Shown here: in pieces, positions 15,127 to 28,646 of the stretch
Position numbering within the stretch: position 1 is the first letter of the stretch
Layout of the letters: the number at the start of each line of letters is the position of its first letter
Origin: Octopus vulgaris
Lineage: Eukaryota
Length of the DNA: 64,000 nt
NCBI GenBank assembly: GCA_951406725.2
Contig: OX597838.1
Coordinates: 9,610,001 to 9,674,000, forward strand
Direction: 5' to 3'
Program-made: the position numbers and the translations under genes
Notes under the pieces: model-generated
The model's database searches: none
The model's input: the letters and a program-made list of their open reading frames with translations, nothing else
Told to the model about the DNA's origin: nothing

Positions 15127-15629
15127 TTATATATATACACATACATTTATATACACATACACATATATATATACATGTGTGTGTGAGTGTGTATTTGTGT
15201 TTTTGTGTGTAAGTGTGTGAATGTGTGTGTTTTTCATCCTTTCGGGGTCGATAAATTGCGTACTGGGGTCGATCTAATCGGCTGGGCCCCTCCCCCAAAA
15301 TTTTGGGCCTTGTTCCTCAAGTAGAAAAAATTTATATATTGCACTGAGTGACTTCAGGACTGAGCTTTCGACACTAAGTCTGGCTCCGATTTCTTGAGTA
15401 TGTGTAAGAGAGAGGGAGAGAGAGAGAGAGAGGGAGTGAGTGAGTGAGTGAGTGAGTGAGTGAAAGCATGCGTGAGTGAGTGTGCGTGCATGCGTGCGTG
15501 AGTGAGTGCGTACGTGAGTGAATGTGCGTGAGTGAGAGAGTGTGTGTGTCTGTGACTGAGAAAGGAGCATAGTATGTGAGTGTGTGAATGTGTATGAGTG
15601 AGTGTGATTGTGAGGGAGGTGTATGTGTG

Positions 15630-15930
15630 TGAGAGAAAAGAGAGAGAGAAAGGGAGAGAGAAAGAGAGATAGAGAAAAAGAGAGAGAGAAAGAGAGAGAG
15701 AAAGAGAGAGCGAAAAAGAGAGAGAGAAAAAGAGAGAGAGAAAGAGAGAGAAAAAGAGAGAGAAAGAGAGAGAGAAAAAGAGAGAGAAAGAGAGAGAGAA
15801 AAAGAGAGAGAGAAAGAGAGAGAGAAAAAGAGAGAGAGAAAAAGAGAGAGAAAAAGAGAGAGAAAAAGAGAGAGAGAAAAAGAGAGAGAGAAAGAGAGAG
15901 AGAAAAAGAGAGAGAGAAAAAGAGAGAGAG

Positions 15931-15976
<46 letters not shown>

Positions 15977-16093
15977 AAAAGAGAGAGAGAAAGAGAGCGA
16001 GAAAAAGAGAGAGAGAAAAAGAGAGAGAGAAAGAGAGAGAGAAAAAGAGAGAGAGAAAGAGAGAGAGAAAAAGAGAGAGAGAAAGAGAGAGAA

Positions 16094-16138
<45 letters not shown>

Positions 16139-16152
16139 AAGAGAGAGAGAAA

Positions 16153-16184
<32 letters not shown>

Positions 16185-16395
16185 AAAAGAGAGAGAAAAG
16201 AGAGAGAAAAAGAGAGAGAAAAAGAGAGAGAGAGAGAAAAAAGAGAGAGAAAGAGAGAGAGAGAGAGAAGAGAGAAAAGAGAGAGAAAAGAGAGAGAGAA
16301 AAGAGAGAGAAAAGAGAGAGAAAGAAAAGAGAGAGAAAAAGAGAGAGAGAAAGAGAGCGAGAAAAAGAGAGAGAGAAAAAGAGAGAGAGACAGAG
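15630..16395. repeat. Polypurine (GA)n/A-run tract
   Basis: About 760 bp of almost pure purine on +. Confidence 0.95.
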
Positions 16396-16547
16396 TGTGT
16401 ATATGTGTGTATGAGTGTGTGCATATAAGTGTGTGTGAATGTGTGTATGTAGGTATATGAGCATGTGTGTGTGTGAATCTGTGATAATATAAACATGAAT
16501 CTATAATCCATACACATCATCGATCATATTTTCTTCATGTCTCACAG

Positions 16548-16630
16548 GCTTACCTGCACAAATATGGTTACCTGAACATAGATGACGGCCAGAGAGGTAA
16601 TTACACTGAACAGCTTTCACAAGCAGTCAG
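16548..16630 (+). CDS. MMP-A exon 2 (propeptide, YL..YGYL motif)
   Basis: cag|GCT...AG|gtaagg; AYLHKYGYLNIDDGQRGNYTEQLSQAVR, typical MMP prodomain start; phases 0/2. Confidence 0.92.
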
Positions 16631-16643
16631 GTAAGGAAGACAA

Positions 16644-17815
16644 TCTTTATATATTAAAGTGAGAGTTGTGTGTCTGTCTCCTACGATTTAGATTCCTAAC
16701 TACTCCCACATTTGAGTGCGCGTGCAGTGTAACCATAAACCGGGTATCTTATAGTCGTGTATTCAGATCAAGCCCTTCTGGGTATTAGCGTGCGTCTACG
16801 ATGAGTCTATGATTTTTTAAAAAAATTACCATCATTTTTTACCATGTTTTAATGCATTTTTGGCATAATATAAACATTAACTCTCTAATCCATACACATC
16901 ATCGATCATATTAAATCTTCATGAACGTAAAAGCTTACCTTGTGGTTAGCCATATTGAGATGGCTATTATACTTTACATCTCTAAAAATGACGGCCATAT
17001 AGGTATTTCCCTTACAAACCCGAGCAAGCGCCGGGCGATACTTCCAGTTATATATATTAAAAGTGAAGTTGTGTGTCTGTCTCCTACGATTTAGATTCCT
17101 AACTACTCCCACATTTTGCGGTGCAGTGTAACCAAAACCGGGTATCTTATAGTCGTGATTCAGATCAAGCCCTTCTGGGTATTAGCGTGCGTCTACGATG
17201 AGTCTATGATTTTTAAAAAAATTTACCATCATTTTTTACCATTTTTAATGCATTTTTGGCATATATAAGGGAAGTAACTCTCTAAAAATTTATTATTAAA
17301 TCTCAGAACGTAAAAAGCTACAGTATCCCCCCCCCTTGTGGTTAGCCATAATGAGATGGCTATTATACTTTACATCTCTAAAAATGCTTATATAGTTATT
17401 TCCCTTACAAACCCGAGCAACGCCGGGCGATACTTCTAGTTATATATAAAAGTGAAGTTGTGTGTCTGTCTCCTACGATTTAGATTCCTAACTACTCCCA
17501 CATTTTGCAGTGCAGTGTAACTAAAACCGGGTATCTTATAGTCGTGATTCATATCGAGCCCTTCTGGGTATTAGCGCGCGTCAACGATGAGTCTACGATT
17601 TTAAAAATAAATTACCATCAATTTTCCCCATTTTTAATACATTTTTGGCATATATAAGGGAAGTAACTCTCTAAAAATTTATTATTAAATCTCAGAACGT
17701 AAAAAGCTACAGTAACACCCACCATATTAAGATAGCTATTATACTTTACATCTCTAAAAATACTTATATAGTTATTTCCCTTACAAACCCGAGCAACGCC
17801 GGGCGATACTGCTAG
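16644..17815 (+). mobile_element. Tandem array of three non-autonomous Helitron-like units, family 2
   Basis: A|TC start; units of about 390 bp, each ending cccgagcaacgccgggcgata..(CT)AG; last unit ends CTAG|T. Confidence 0.8.
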
Positions 17816-18275
17816 TTCCATATACAATACCTAAGCGCTTTAGCTCTTCCGTAATATACAGGGTGTCCCAAAGGTCTCTGATGGGTTTTAATTTTTAATA
17901 ACTTTCTTAACTTTACAAATAAATGCATGAAATTTTGATACAATATAAAGGACATTTTGGGAGTTAATATGCACGAGTTAAATTTTGCAACACCACTGCA
18001 TCCCATATGAAAAAGGACAGCGCTTAAATGGCAGCCATTTTTAGCTCGTGCACTTTCCAAAACTTGCATGATAACACCCTGAAGAGTTTGCCAATCTATG
18101 CTTGGTGATCCTAGCTTCTAGCGACATTTTCGGCCTGATCTGCTTAAGAACTTCTCCATTGGATTATATTGAACTGAAATCGATAAAAATGACGCAGTGT
18201 ATGAATTGACGACAACGATAATTTTTCAAAGCATTATTCACCCTAGAAATACCTCATATTTCATTGTCTCCTTAG

Positions 18276-18421
18276 AGATTTCCAGGTCTTTGCCAATCTC
18301 CCAGTATCAGGAACGGTTGACAAAGTAACGTTGAATAAGATGCTGGTGTTTCCGCGTTGCGGAGTGAAAGACATCATTCGACGGAACGGAACATCACAAC
18401 ACTACAACTTCCAGGCTGTCG
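18276..18421 (+). CDS. MMP-A exon 3 (propeptide with cysteine switch PRCGVKD)
   Basis: tag|A...G|gtgagt; DFQVFANLPVSGTVDKVTLNKMLVFPRCGVKDIIRRNGTSQHYNFQAV; phases 2/1. Confidence 0.95.
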
Positions 18422-18643
18422 GTGAGTTAACTCCCTTCTTGGATGCTTCTTTGATCATATGCTCGACCGGAACTGCCACCTTTTCTATTTTCCACATTAA
18501 GATGTGTCTATCTATGTATGTGTGTGTGCGTGTATGTACATGCGTGTGTAGGTATGTATGTATATATACCTATATCTATCTATCTACCTATCTCTGTATC
18601 TATCTATCTATCTATCTATCTCTCTATCTATCTATCTATATAC

Positions 18644-18704
<61 letters not shown>

Positions 18705-18819
18705 TATAGATAGATAGATAGATAAATCTCTTTATATATATATCTATCTATATATATATATATATTTTTTTTTTTATCTAGTTTCAGCTCACGAGCTGTG
18801 GCCATGCTGGGGCACCGCC

Positions 18820-18856
<37 letters not shown>

Positions 18857-18975
18857 CATACATATACATACACATACATAAATGCATACATATATTTATG
18901 CATATATATATCTATACACTCGCGCGTGCATTCTTATATTTGTTTAACGCTTCATTTCCAAATTTTTTTTTTCAG

Positions 18976-19048
18976 GAAAATGGAATAAAATTGATCTCAC
19001 TTGGAACGTTTCCCGCTACCATGCATATTTAGACATCGATCTTCAAAT
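18976..19048 (+). CDS. MMP-A exon 4 (catalytic domain start)
   Basis: cag|GA...AT|gtaagt; GKWNKIDLTWNVSRYHAYLDIDLQM (KW...LTW motif); phases 1/2. Confidence 0.93.
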
Positions 19049-19106
19049 GTAAGTAATATATTCTTCATTGCTATTCTATAACTTTGCATATCATTGTCCT
19101 CTACAA

Positions 19107-19708
19107 CAGTGCTTCTCAAAATATCTTATGTAGAGTACCGGAAGTTTTTTTTTTTTTCCAATGTGCCAGGCACCAGTAATACATTTTAGTAAATATTAAT
19201 TTATACCGGAAACAATATATATATATATATATATAATCAATAATAAATCTCTGAATGAGGTATAAACAGTAACTGCACGACAATGTGAGGTATACTAGCC
19301 ATCTCAATATGGCTAGCCACTAAGGGTGGGTGTTACTGTAGCTTGTAGCCCCAGGAGAACAGCGTCTCCAGCTGGCTTTAGGCACACTTTCTGTGCCCTT
19401 ATGGTATTTGCAAAGGAAGGTCATCCCTCCATCGTCAACCTAAGTGATACGCACGGACTGCAGTTTCTAGGTATTTACCTGTCTTCACCGTACGGCAATC
19501 ACCGGTTTTCGATGAAGGGAGTCCCAATGCAAATCCTTATATATCGTTTTTCCATTATATATATATATAAGGACTAAAGTAAAAGTTGGTGAGTGCTGCG
19601 CTCCACCGGCCAGCTGATGAGTGCTGTTGTTTCTTTCTTTTCTGGAAACTCGCCGCGGACCGGCAGCTCATGGCTCGCAGACCGGCACCGGTTCGCAGAC
19701 CACCACTG
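19107..19708. mobile_element. hAT-type non-autonomous element with 8-bp TSD
   Basis: CAGTG...CACTG termini flanked by duplicated CTCTACAA (19099-19106, 19709-19716). Confidence 0.72.
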
Positions 19709-20261
19709 CTCTACAACGCCCTTTCATCATCATCATCATTATCATCTGGTCAGCTGAGTTGCCCGGATCATTGCAAGTCTTCCACGCCAAATGTCCCGGT
19801 CGAGCAATGTGGCATGAATATCTGGCGAGGATTTTCGTCACGTTGGTGTTTCATGAACTGAAATATTCCAGTTGTGCACATGATCATTACAGATGCTAGC
19901 AATAGTTCGCTAACTGACCAGGTTGACCCTGGCCTTTTCACAATTTGTTGTCTGTTCATCTGCTTAGCATCTTGAGATTTTCGCCTTTGATTCTGATTTT
20001 ATAAGTTCTTTTGCCGAAATAGTTCACATCTACCACGCATATATGTATATATATATAAAATGTGATCTCGTGTGTACCGTTGGCGATTTTTTTTCCTCTG
20101 TCTTCCCTTCTCTGGATCTTTCCTTCTCCTATGTTTCCGACGAAGAACTCCGCTCGAAACGTTGAACCCTCCTTCTTCCCTTCTTTCCTGAGTGTCCAAT
20201 AATACTATATTTGTTCCACGTCTTCGCGTTGTTGTGTTTTTTTGTGTTTTCTTGTTTGGAT

Positions 20262-20325
<64 letters not shown>

Positions 20326-20389
20326 GGAGTAAACACATAAATGTGAAACAAGGTGGAAAAAGAAGTACTCAAATACCAGGGGTAGAGTA

Positions 20390-20417
<28 letters not shown>

Positions 20418-20423
<6 letters not shown>

Positions 20424-21037
20424 AAATCCGTTCTGTCTGTCTGTGTGCCTTCTAGGATCTCGGGCATCATCTATCCGATTGCGCTCAAATTTGATATGCA
20501 GATACCGACGGTATCAGGGTGCGTATAAGTCTTGAAAAAATTACAAAAATCGATTCCAGGTGAGAATGCATTCAATAAAGCCGTGGGAACGTGCATTTGT
20601 ACGCGCAAGTACCATGCTTTTCCATCTAGATTTACGTCCAGCTAACCCATTTGCATGCATCGTTTTTGTCCTGCTTTTCCTCCGTCAACTTGTACATAAC
20701 AGCACCTTCCATTTTTTGTTGTTTTTGTACTGCTTAAAGACACGTTTCTTTCCTGCCAAGCTTACAGTTTAAACTATGTTTGTGTTCTCCCAGTCAACAG
20801 CCTTATCATTAATGGTACTTTAAACTCTTCGGTTGCATATTTGTGTGAATAAAATCGTTTTTCTTTGGAATAGAAAAAAGTCTATCTTTATTTCTTCTTT
20901 TGCTGGAGTCTTAAATTTAGGTTAAATCAGTGTTTCTCAAAAGGGAGGCCTATGGGACGGTCGGACAAGTTGTTTTGAGAAAATTTGTTTTAAATGTTTG
21001 ACAACTCAGCACCGTCCATTGGACGGGGGGCGTTTTG

Positions 21038-21040
<3 letters not shown>
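20418..21040 (+). mobile_element. Interspersed repeat, probably Helitron-like family 3 (second copy 36238-36880)
   Basis: Two similar copies starting tatataaaatccgtt; 3' hairpin ccgtcc-att-ggacgg. Confidence 0.6.
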
Positions 21041-21087
<47 letters not shown>

Positions 21088-21331
21088 ACGGGAAGCTTTA
21101 CGAAAATAAACAAATGACGAAGGCAGGTGGAGTACAAACAAACAAATGTATTAGTAAAGCGCTCAGGAATAGAAATAAAACAAGTGTTTTACGTTTCGAG
21201 CCTACGCTCTTCAACAGAAAGATACACAGAAAAGAAACACGGAGAGAAACAAGGATAGAAAAAAAAATGCGTGCAGGAGCTAACGAATCAACATGGCGGT
21301 CTGATTTCGGCCAGAAGTCAGAGATCAGACG

Positions 21332-21400
<69 letters not shown>

Positions 21401-21471
21401 ATTATATCTTTACATTTGTATATTTTAAAGAATAATTTACAGACAACAAACACGTGACTTATGAATTACAG

Positions 21472-21611
21472 GGAGACCATCAACAAGGCATTCCAGTATT
21501 GGTCAAACGTGACGAATCTAACCTTCAGACACACTCCGTTGGAAGAACCGGACATCGACATACAATTTATAAGAGAAGAACACGGCGACGGAAACCCTTT
21601 TGACGGCAGAG
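21472..21611 (+). CDS. MMP-A exon 5 (catalytic domain, structural Zn/Ca ligands)
   Basis: cag|G...G|gtaagg; ETINKAFQYWSNVTNLTFRHTPLEEPDIDIQFIREEHGDGNPFDGR; phases 2/1. Confidence 0.96.
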
Positions 21612-22009
21612 GTAAGGCTTTCTTTCAAATGTTCCGTAAATGCATACATACAGGCTTTTTGGGATAAACTTAGGCAGTTTGCATAAACGGAGGTGGGGTG
21701 GAATGCAGTATCCCATCCCAAAAATGAAAGTATTTTAAAAATTCGAAAAATATCAACTAGATTATGACTTGGAGACATTACTCAGAGTACACAGAGTTAC
21801 TCAAAGTTGCTCAAAGTAACTGCACTCAGTTCCCACCACGATCTCATGACGGCTCCCGAGTTTTGGCACATGCATTATTCGCTGTGTCCTTCGGAAGATC
21901 TTCGAATACCTCCTTGATCTGGGTCACCAGCTCGGCCTGGGTGTTACAGGCAGAACGGTTGGTGTCTTTCTCAAACCACGCCCCTCTTATAGTAATCTAT
22001 GGCATTACA

Positions 22010-22545
22010 ATTGAAGGAAATTGAGAGACCAGAATTTGGGGCTGGTGAAATGGTAGAAATTCTCCGACGGCCACTTTGCCATTTTGTTGTGTAGATCTGT
22101 GGAGCCAAAGAACTTATCAGGTATAGCTACTTGCAAGTTTCCCGATGGAGTTGTGCAAGGATTCTTGTATTGCACATTCAGTATTTCACTGATCTTCTGG
22201 AGGTCTGCAGTCGGTGAACCATTTTGTACCGTACATAAAAACCTATCTATAAAAGGCTTTATGGTTTGTCTTAATATTTTTGACAGCCCTGGCCTCTTTT
22301 TCTGCTCTCTCCTTTTCATGGGAACGTTTGAGTTCATTTTCGATCTAGAGCAATATTCGTTTGAAGTAGGATTGTTTGTTATTCATTAGTGGCCCAATTA
22401 GACGATTTGAGAATTTTGCTCGTCGTCTCATTAGATTCCGCCTATCCTTGGGCATTAATTTTTTCTGCTGGCTTGTTATTCACTCTGGAACAAACTTACT
22501 GCAGATGTCATACATGATTGTCGATGTATGTCAATGTCTTCTGTA
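22010..22545 (-). mobile_element. CR1/L2-group LINE ORF2 fragment
   Basis: Frameshifted translation EKEARAVKNIKTNHKAFYR...ISEILNVQY..TTP resembles the endonuclease-RT linker of CR1-group LINEs. Confidence 0.55.
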
Positions 22546-22993
22546 AAGAGACTGGCAAATAAGTATGTATGTATATGTATAAAGGAGTGGTTTGCAGACA
22601 TATATTTATAATTTTATATTGTTTATAATTATATACTTAATATATGTGTGTGTGTATGTGTGTGTATTTAGTATATATATATATATATATATATATATCT
22701 TTCTTCGCCCTTTTCAAGCCTAGCCAGGCTCATGGGCCCGGTTTCCCGGTTTTTGTGGCGTATATGGACGGGACGCCAGTCCATCGCAGCGTTACTCAAG
22801 AAACAGGAAGATAGAGTGAGAGAAAGTTGTGGCGAAAGAGTACAACAGGGGTCACCACCACCCCACTGCCAGAGCTTCGTGGAGCTTTTAGGTGTTTTCG
22901 CTCCTTAAACACACACAACACCCGTCTGGGAATCGAAACCGCGATCCTCCGACCGCCAGTCCGCTCCCCTAACCACTGGGCCATTGCGCCTCC

Positions 22994-23043
<50 letters not shown>

Positions 23044-23048
23044 GTATG

Positions 23049-23117
<69 letters not shown>

Positions 23118-23137
23118 ATATGTGTGTGTGTCTGTAA

Positions 23138-23169
<32 letters not shown>

Positions 23170-23406
23170 CTGTTGAGTCATATTGGTAGTTAAAAGAATT
23201 AGCTGTCTTTTGGCTATTATTTCTAAATTTTCGGTATGTGGTGAAGCAACTTGTTGCTAAACCCTTAATTATATTTATAATTATATAAAAAAAATTTTTT
23301 GCACAAGTTTTTACCGATAATGGTTTTTTCCATGCCGAAACTACTTGGTAAAATGTATTAATTATTAAATTAATAATTTTTTACCCTATATCTGTAATGT
23401 ATATAT

Positions 23407-23492
<86 letters not shown>

Positions 23493-23514
23493 TGATTGAT
23501 TGATAGATAGATAT

Positions 23515-23911
23515 GTTTCTTTATTAGCCACACAGGGCTGCACACAGACAGAACAAATTACAAGGTAGAGCTTTTCTTTTGGGGGTAAAAAAGAGGGGGT
23601 TGGTTTTCGATCAAAAGGGATCGTAGAAGGAAAGAAAGAAGACAAAAAAAGGGGGGGATTTTTAAAAAAAGTGGGGAGAGGAAAAAAAAAAGTTGATCAA
23701 TAGGGATCGTAATCACAGAAATGTCAATATGAAGTGTAAAGGGGAGGACAGGTGATGTTTACCCGTGGAAAGAAAAGACTACGGAAAAGACCACGGTAAC
23801 CTCGGTCAATGAAGTCACATGTTATATTTCTCTCTTTTTTTTTTTTGCAAATAAGCAACTCTCTGTATTAATTTTTACGGTTCATAGAATCATAGTCAGG
23901 GTGGCTTCGTC
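23515..23911 (-). mobile_element. 3' end of a LINE embedded in (GATA)n, possibly Tx1/L1-like
   Basis: On -: ORF tail DEATLTMIL*, 3' UTR, AATAAA, then (CTAT)n; 5'-truncated copies near 43120, 43340, 51865, 54960 and 56345. Confidence 0.6.
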
Positions 23912-24289
23912 AGATAGATAGATATTCATGCATACGTATATATTTTCAGAATTCATAACTGTGACTTGATATTACTGTTCTGTTATAAAAATATTATTAT
24001 AAGCATATTCAATAAATTAAAAGTTTGTTATTTTAATATTTTTATTTAAGTTATAAACATCAACAGGCAACTAACGTTCTCGTTCATTCGAAACTATTAT
24101 TTTTAATAAGTAACCAAATACTTCAATACGTTTATTTTTAAGTTTGGTATTATTTTCCTTTAATAATCTGATATTAATTTACAGCAAGACTATATCACTA
24201 AATGCCTTTCATAAAGTCGTCGTTAAAACGAAGTACTGGTTCGTACTTATTCTTTCATCTTCCAACTGTGCCAGATGGAAGGACTAAAT

Positions 24290-24679
24290 GGTGGAAGCAC
24301 TCCGTCGGTTACAACGACGAGGGTTCCGGTTGATCCGAATCAACGGAATAGCCTGCTCGTGAAATTAACGTGTAAGTGGCTGAGCACTCCACAGACACGT
24401 GTACCCTTAACGTAGTTCTCGGGGATATTCAGCGTGACACAGAGAGTGACAAGGCCGGCCCTTTGAAATACAGGTACAACAGAAACAGGAAGTAAGAGTG
24501 AGAGAAAGTTGTGGTGAAAGAGTACAGCAGGGATCACCACCATCCCCTGCCGGAGCCTCGTGGAGCTTTAGGTGTTTTTTCGCTCAATAAACACTCACAA
24601 CGCCCGGTCTGGGAATCGAAACCGCGATCCTATGACCGCGAGTCCGCTGCCCTAACCACTGGGCCATTGCGCTTCCACA
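24290..24679 (-). mobile_element. tRNA-derived SINE, family S1, full length
   Basis: Pol III A box (tggcccagtgg) and B box (gtttcgattcc); TSD ggaaggactaaat; partial copies near 8130, 9354, 22700 and 55411. Confidence 0.85.
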
Positions 24680-25940
24680 GGAAGGACTAAATACCTACTG
24701 TAAGAAAACAACAACAAGCACACACTTTACCATTTGTTGAATACTAAGATTGTTTTAGGGGTTTTGCCTTACTCGATATCAATCATGTAAAATATAGACT
24801 GTGCCAGTCTTAGTCATTAATAGAGACTTGGAAATAGCTTTTGCAAAAGCAGTGTATCGGAAACTCCGCATATCAGACGCCTGTAGGTTTAGGGGTCATC
24901 GAGGAAGGCTGTGCACCGTTTCGGGGCTTCCAATCAACAGCTTTGCAGCGCACCAGCCTCTCTTCCCTGATGTGAGGCCTCTGACAAGATGGTCATGGTT
25001 GGCATGTCTTCGATCAAAGGCTTGTTGTAAAACTAAATGGCATAAGCCACCACTAGGCAGGCACATATCTTATCAGTGACGTACATATCTCCATCGTTAA
25101 TTTAACGGTTTATTAATTAATAGCAGAAATCCACCGTTAATTATCTAATTAATCGCCCACATACACATTCACAACTAATTAAATATTTAATCACCATCAG
25201 ATATTCACCGGTAGCTAATGCTAAATACCACCATCACCACCACCACCACCACTGCCACCCCATGTACGTCCCCGGCTAAATAGATATTTGATTACTACTC
25301 TGCGCGCATAAGCGAAAGTAGGGTATTGTAATCACTCGTATTTCTCTGTCTGTGTGTTTGCAAAATTTCTGGAAAACGGCTGAACGGATTTTCACCAAAT
25401 TTGGCAGAAATATTCATTGGGTGAATGGCCCGAAATGATGAAAATTTGGTTTGATTATCTTCAACCATACATAAATACATACATAGATATACGAATCTGT
25501 GTGTGTGTGTGTGTGTGTGAGTGTGTGTTTGTGTGTGCATTTGCGCAATGATGGATTCGTTTATTTACGAGTTGATTTCTTAATTTCGCCGGAGTTTAAA
25601 TATCTGTAATGGTGATACTTAAAAATTATTTTTTTTTTTTTTTTTTTATTGGTAAATTCAGTTCAATTAAAAAGCATGGGTACGCAACGCATTGTAAGCC
25701 AAACTAGAATTTGCAGAAAAATTTATCTGCGCGCAACAACACCGGTTGTTAAGCGGCAGCGAGAGACAAACACGCACACACAAATATATACGACGGGCTA
25801 CTTCCAGTTTCCGTCTACCAAATCCACCCACAAGGCTTTGGTCGGCCCGAGCCTATATTAGAAGCCGCCTGCCATAGGTGCCACGCAGTGGGGCGGAACC
25901 CAGAATCATGTGGTTGGAAAACAAGCTTCTGGGCCTTGGC

Positions 25941-26048
<108 letters not shown>

Positions 26049-26326
26049 AGAGTTTACGAAAAAAACAAAAAACGAAGACAGGTGGTGTACAAAACAAACA
26101 GATGTATTAGTATAACGCTCAGGAATAGAAAAAGTATTTTACGTTTCGAGCCTACGCTCTTCTACAGAAAGGTACACAGAAAAAACAAGGAGAGAAACAA
26201 AGAGAGAAAAAAATATGTGTATGTATGTATGTATGTATGTATGTATGTATGTATGTATGTATGTATTATGTATGTATGAATACACACACACATACACACA
26301 CACACACATTACGGTATTCCACATGA

Positions 26327-26662
<336 letters not shown>

Positions 26663-27942
26663 TAGTTCGTATTTTACCGTTCGTCTCTCATCACACTCAC
26701 CACAGAGAAGGCTTATACGGGTTCCCATAAAAAATGGCAAACAAATCAGGCATAATTGTGTTGTAAGAAGTTTGCTTTCCAGCCACGTGATTCCTAGTTC
26801 AGTCCCTGACACCTTCGGTTAGCTAATTCTAATATAGCCCCGGGCTGAACAAAGCCTTGTCAGTGGATTTGGTAGACGGAAGCTGAAAGAAGTCCGTGGT
26901 GTGTGTCCGTGTGTGAATATGCCTGTATATGAATATGTATGTGCGTGTCTAACTAATGTTCTACCTTTAGTTGTATGTGATATACGTTCAGTCACTAAAC
27001 TTAAGTACTTTTTGATATATATTCACTTACTAAAGTTACGTATGTAGTAGTTTATGATATACGTTCAATCAGTTTTTCCTACATCTACGGATGCATATAC
27101 TTGGACATCTCACCAGTATTGTGTCCTGAAATCACAGGGTACCACATGTTTAGCCACGTACTCTTTCGTCCTGGCGAACGAACCGTGGTTGATTAAGCTT
27201 CGGCCATTGTTCAAATGACATTCTATAAAGTTTTCCAAGAGAATCTTATCAAATATGAGAGGAACCAGAATAAGGCCTGAATAAGGTCGGAGAATACAAC
27301 GGCCGAAACAACCATGATGAGGATATCAGTCCGAATACTTCAGTGTACCATAATACTTTCTATCATAAGCATAAGGCTTGAAATTTGGCGGTTGGATGGT
27401 CAATTGCATCAACCACAGAGCTCGACTGGTACTTATTTCAATGACCCCAAAATGATGAGCGGTAAAGTCGACCTCGGCGGAATTTAAACTGGGAACATAC
27501 AGACGGACGAAATGCCTGTATGCATTTTGTCCGGCGTGCCAGATTCTGCCAGATCACCACCTTTATATCAGTGTATAATAATGATTTCTGATTTAAGCAC
27601 ACGGTTTGAAAATTTCATGAATGGGGAGTAGTTGATGCCATCGACCTAAGTATTTGATTGGCATTTATCGATCTCGAAGGGATAAAAGGAAAAGCGTCTG
27701 TCTTTATGTTCTGAGTTCAGATTCCGCCGAGATCAACTTTGCCTTTCATCTTTTTGGGGTCGATAAAATAAGTGCCATTTGGGTCGATGTAAGTGACTTA
27801 TCCCCTTCCTGGAGCCAAAATTTGTAACCATTATGATAATGTATCAATAATAATTTCCTATGTTTAAAAGTCTTTTAAAAATAACTATAATAAATACGTT
27901 AATACTAATTTAATCATTGTATTCATTTTATTACAACTATAG

Positions 27943-28368
27943 ACGATCCTCGCATGGAGATTAATAATACTGTAACGTCCACTTCGACAATCTCTTCGCT
28001 CACAAACAGTCTAAACATTTCCACAATTGCCGTAACGAGCGACCCATTGGAAGATTTGAACGGCACAATAGCTGAGATGACATCGGAGACATCGACTGCT
28101 GAAGGAACGAAAAACTCAGATAGGAAGCGTTGCCACGGCAATACGAAGAACTGTAAATCAGACAAAAATAGGCGAAAGCACAACAAGAAGCAGAAGAATA
28201 AAAGCAAGAAAGTGTCGAAGAAATCAGAGAGGAGAAACACTGGGAGTGATGAGGTCGATGGAGAGTACAACCAAGACAACGAAAACGGAACAAGTTATTC
28301 TTTACTCAGGAATGAAACGGGCCACGTGAAGAAAAAGATCTGCCACCTGAAGTTTGATGCTGTAGACG
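27943..28368 (+). CDS. MMP-A exon 7 (long hinge and start of hemopexin domain)
   Basis: tag|AC...G|gtgagt; open frame of 426 nt with S/T-rich then K/R-rich linker, ending ICHLKFDAVD (hemopexin N-terminal Cys and FDA); phases 1/1. Confidence 0.9.
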
Positions 28369-28646
28369 GTGAGTTACCTTTGCTTACAATTAACAGTAGA
28401 TGCAATGTTTAAATTAACTGATAAGAAAGAATTAGGCTATACTTTGCTGATGAGCTTATCAATGATTAAAATCTGCTTGAGTTGTCTCCCCTGCTTGTCA
28501 AAGTTCAGACCTCTCCATCCATTTGTCTATCGACCTTCGTAGTCCACTGTTCCCTCGAAGGTCGTGAGGGCGGAATCTTCAAGCACATCTTCAAGAGGGT
28601 TCTATCATCGTCAACCGTCAGTAGATGTTCTGGCTAGGTCAAACAA

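Noticed and set aside
19614-19660. CTGATGA...GAAA hammerhead candidate (also CTGATGA near 5540 on -, 6462, 14753 and 28447)
   Set aside because: No stem II/stem I pairing or cleavage triplet could be built
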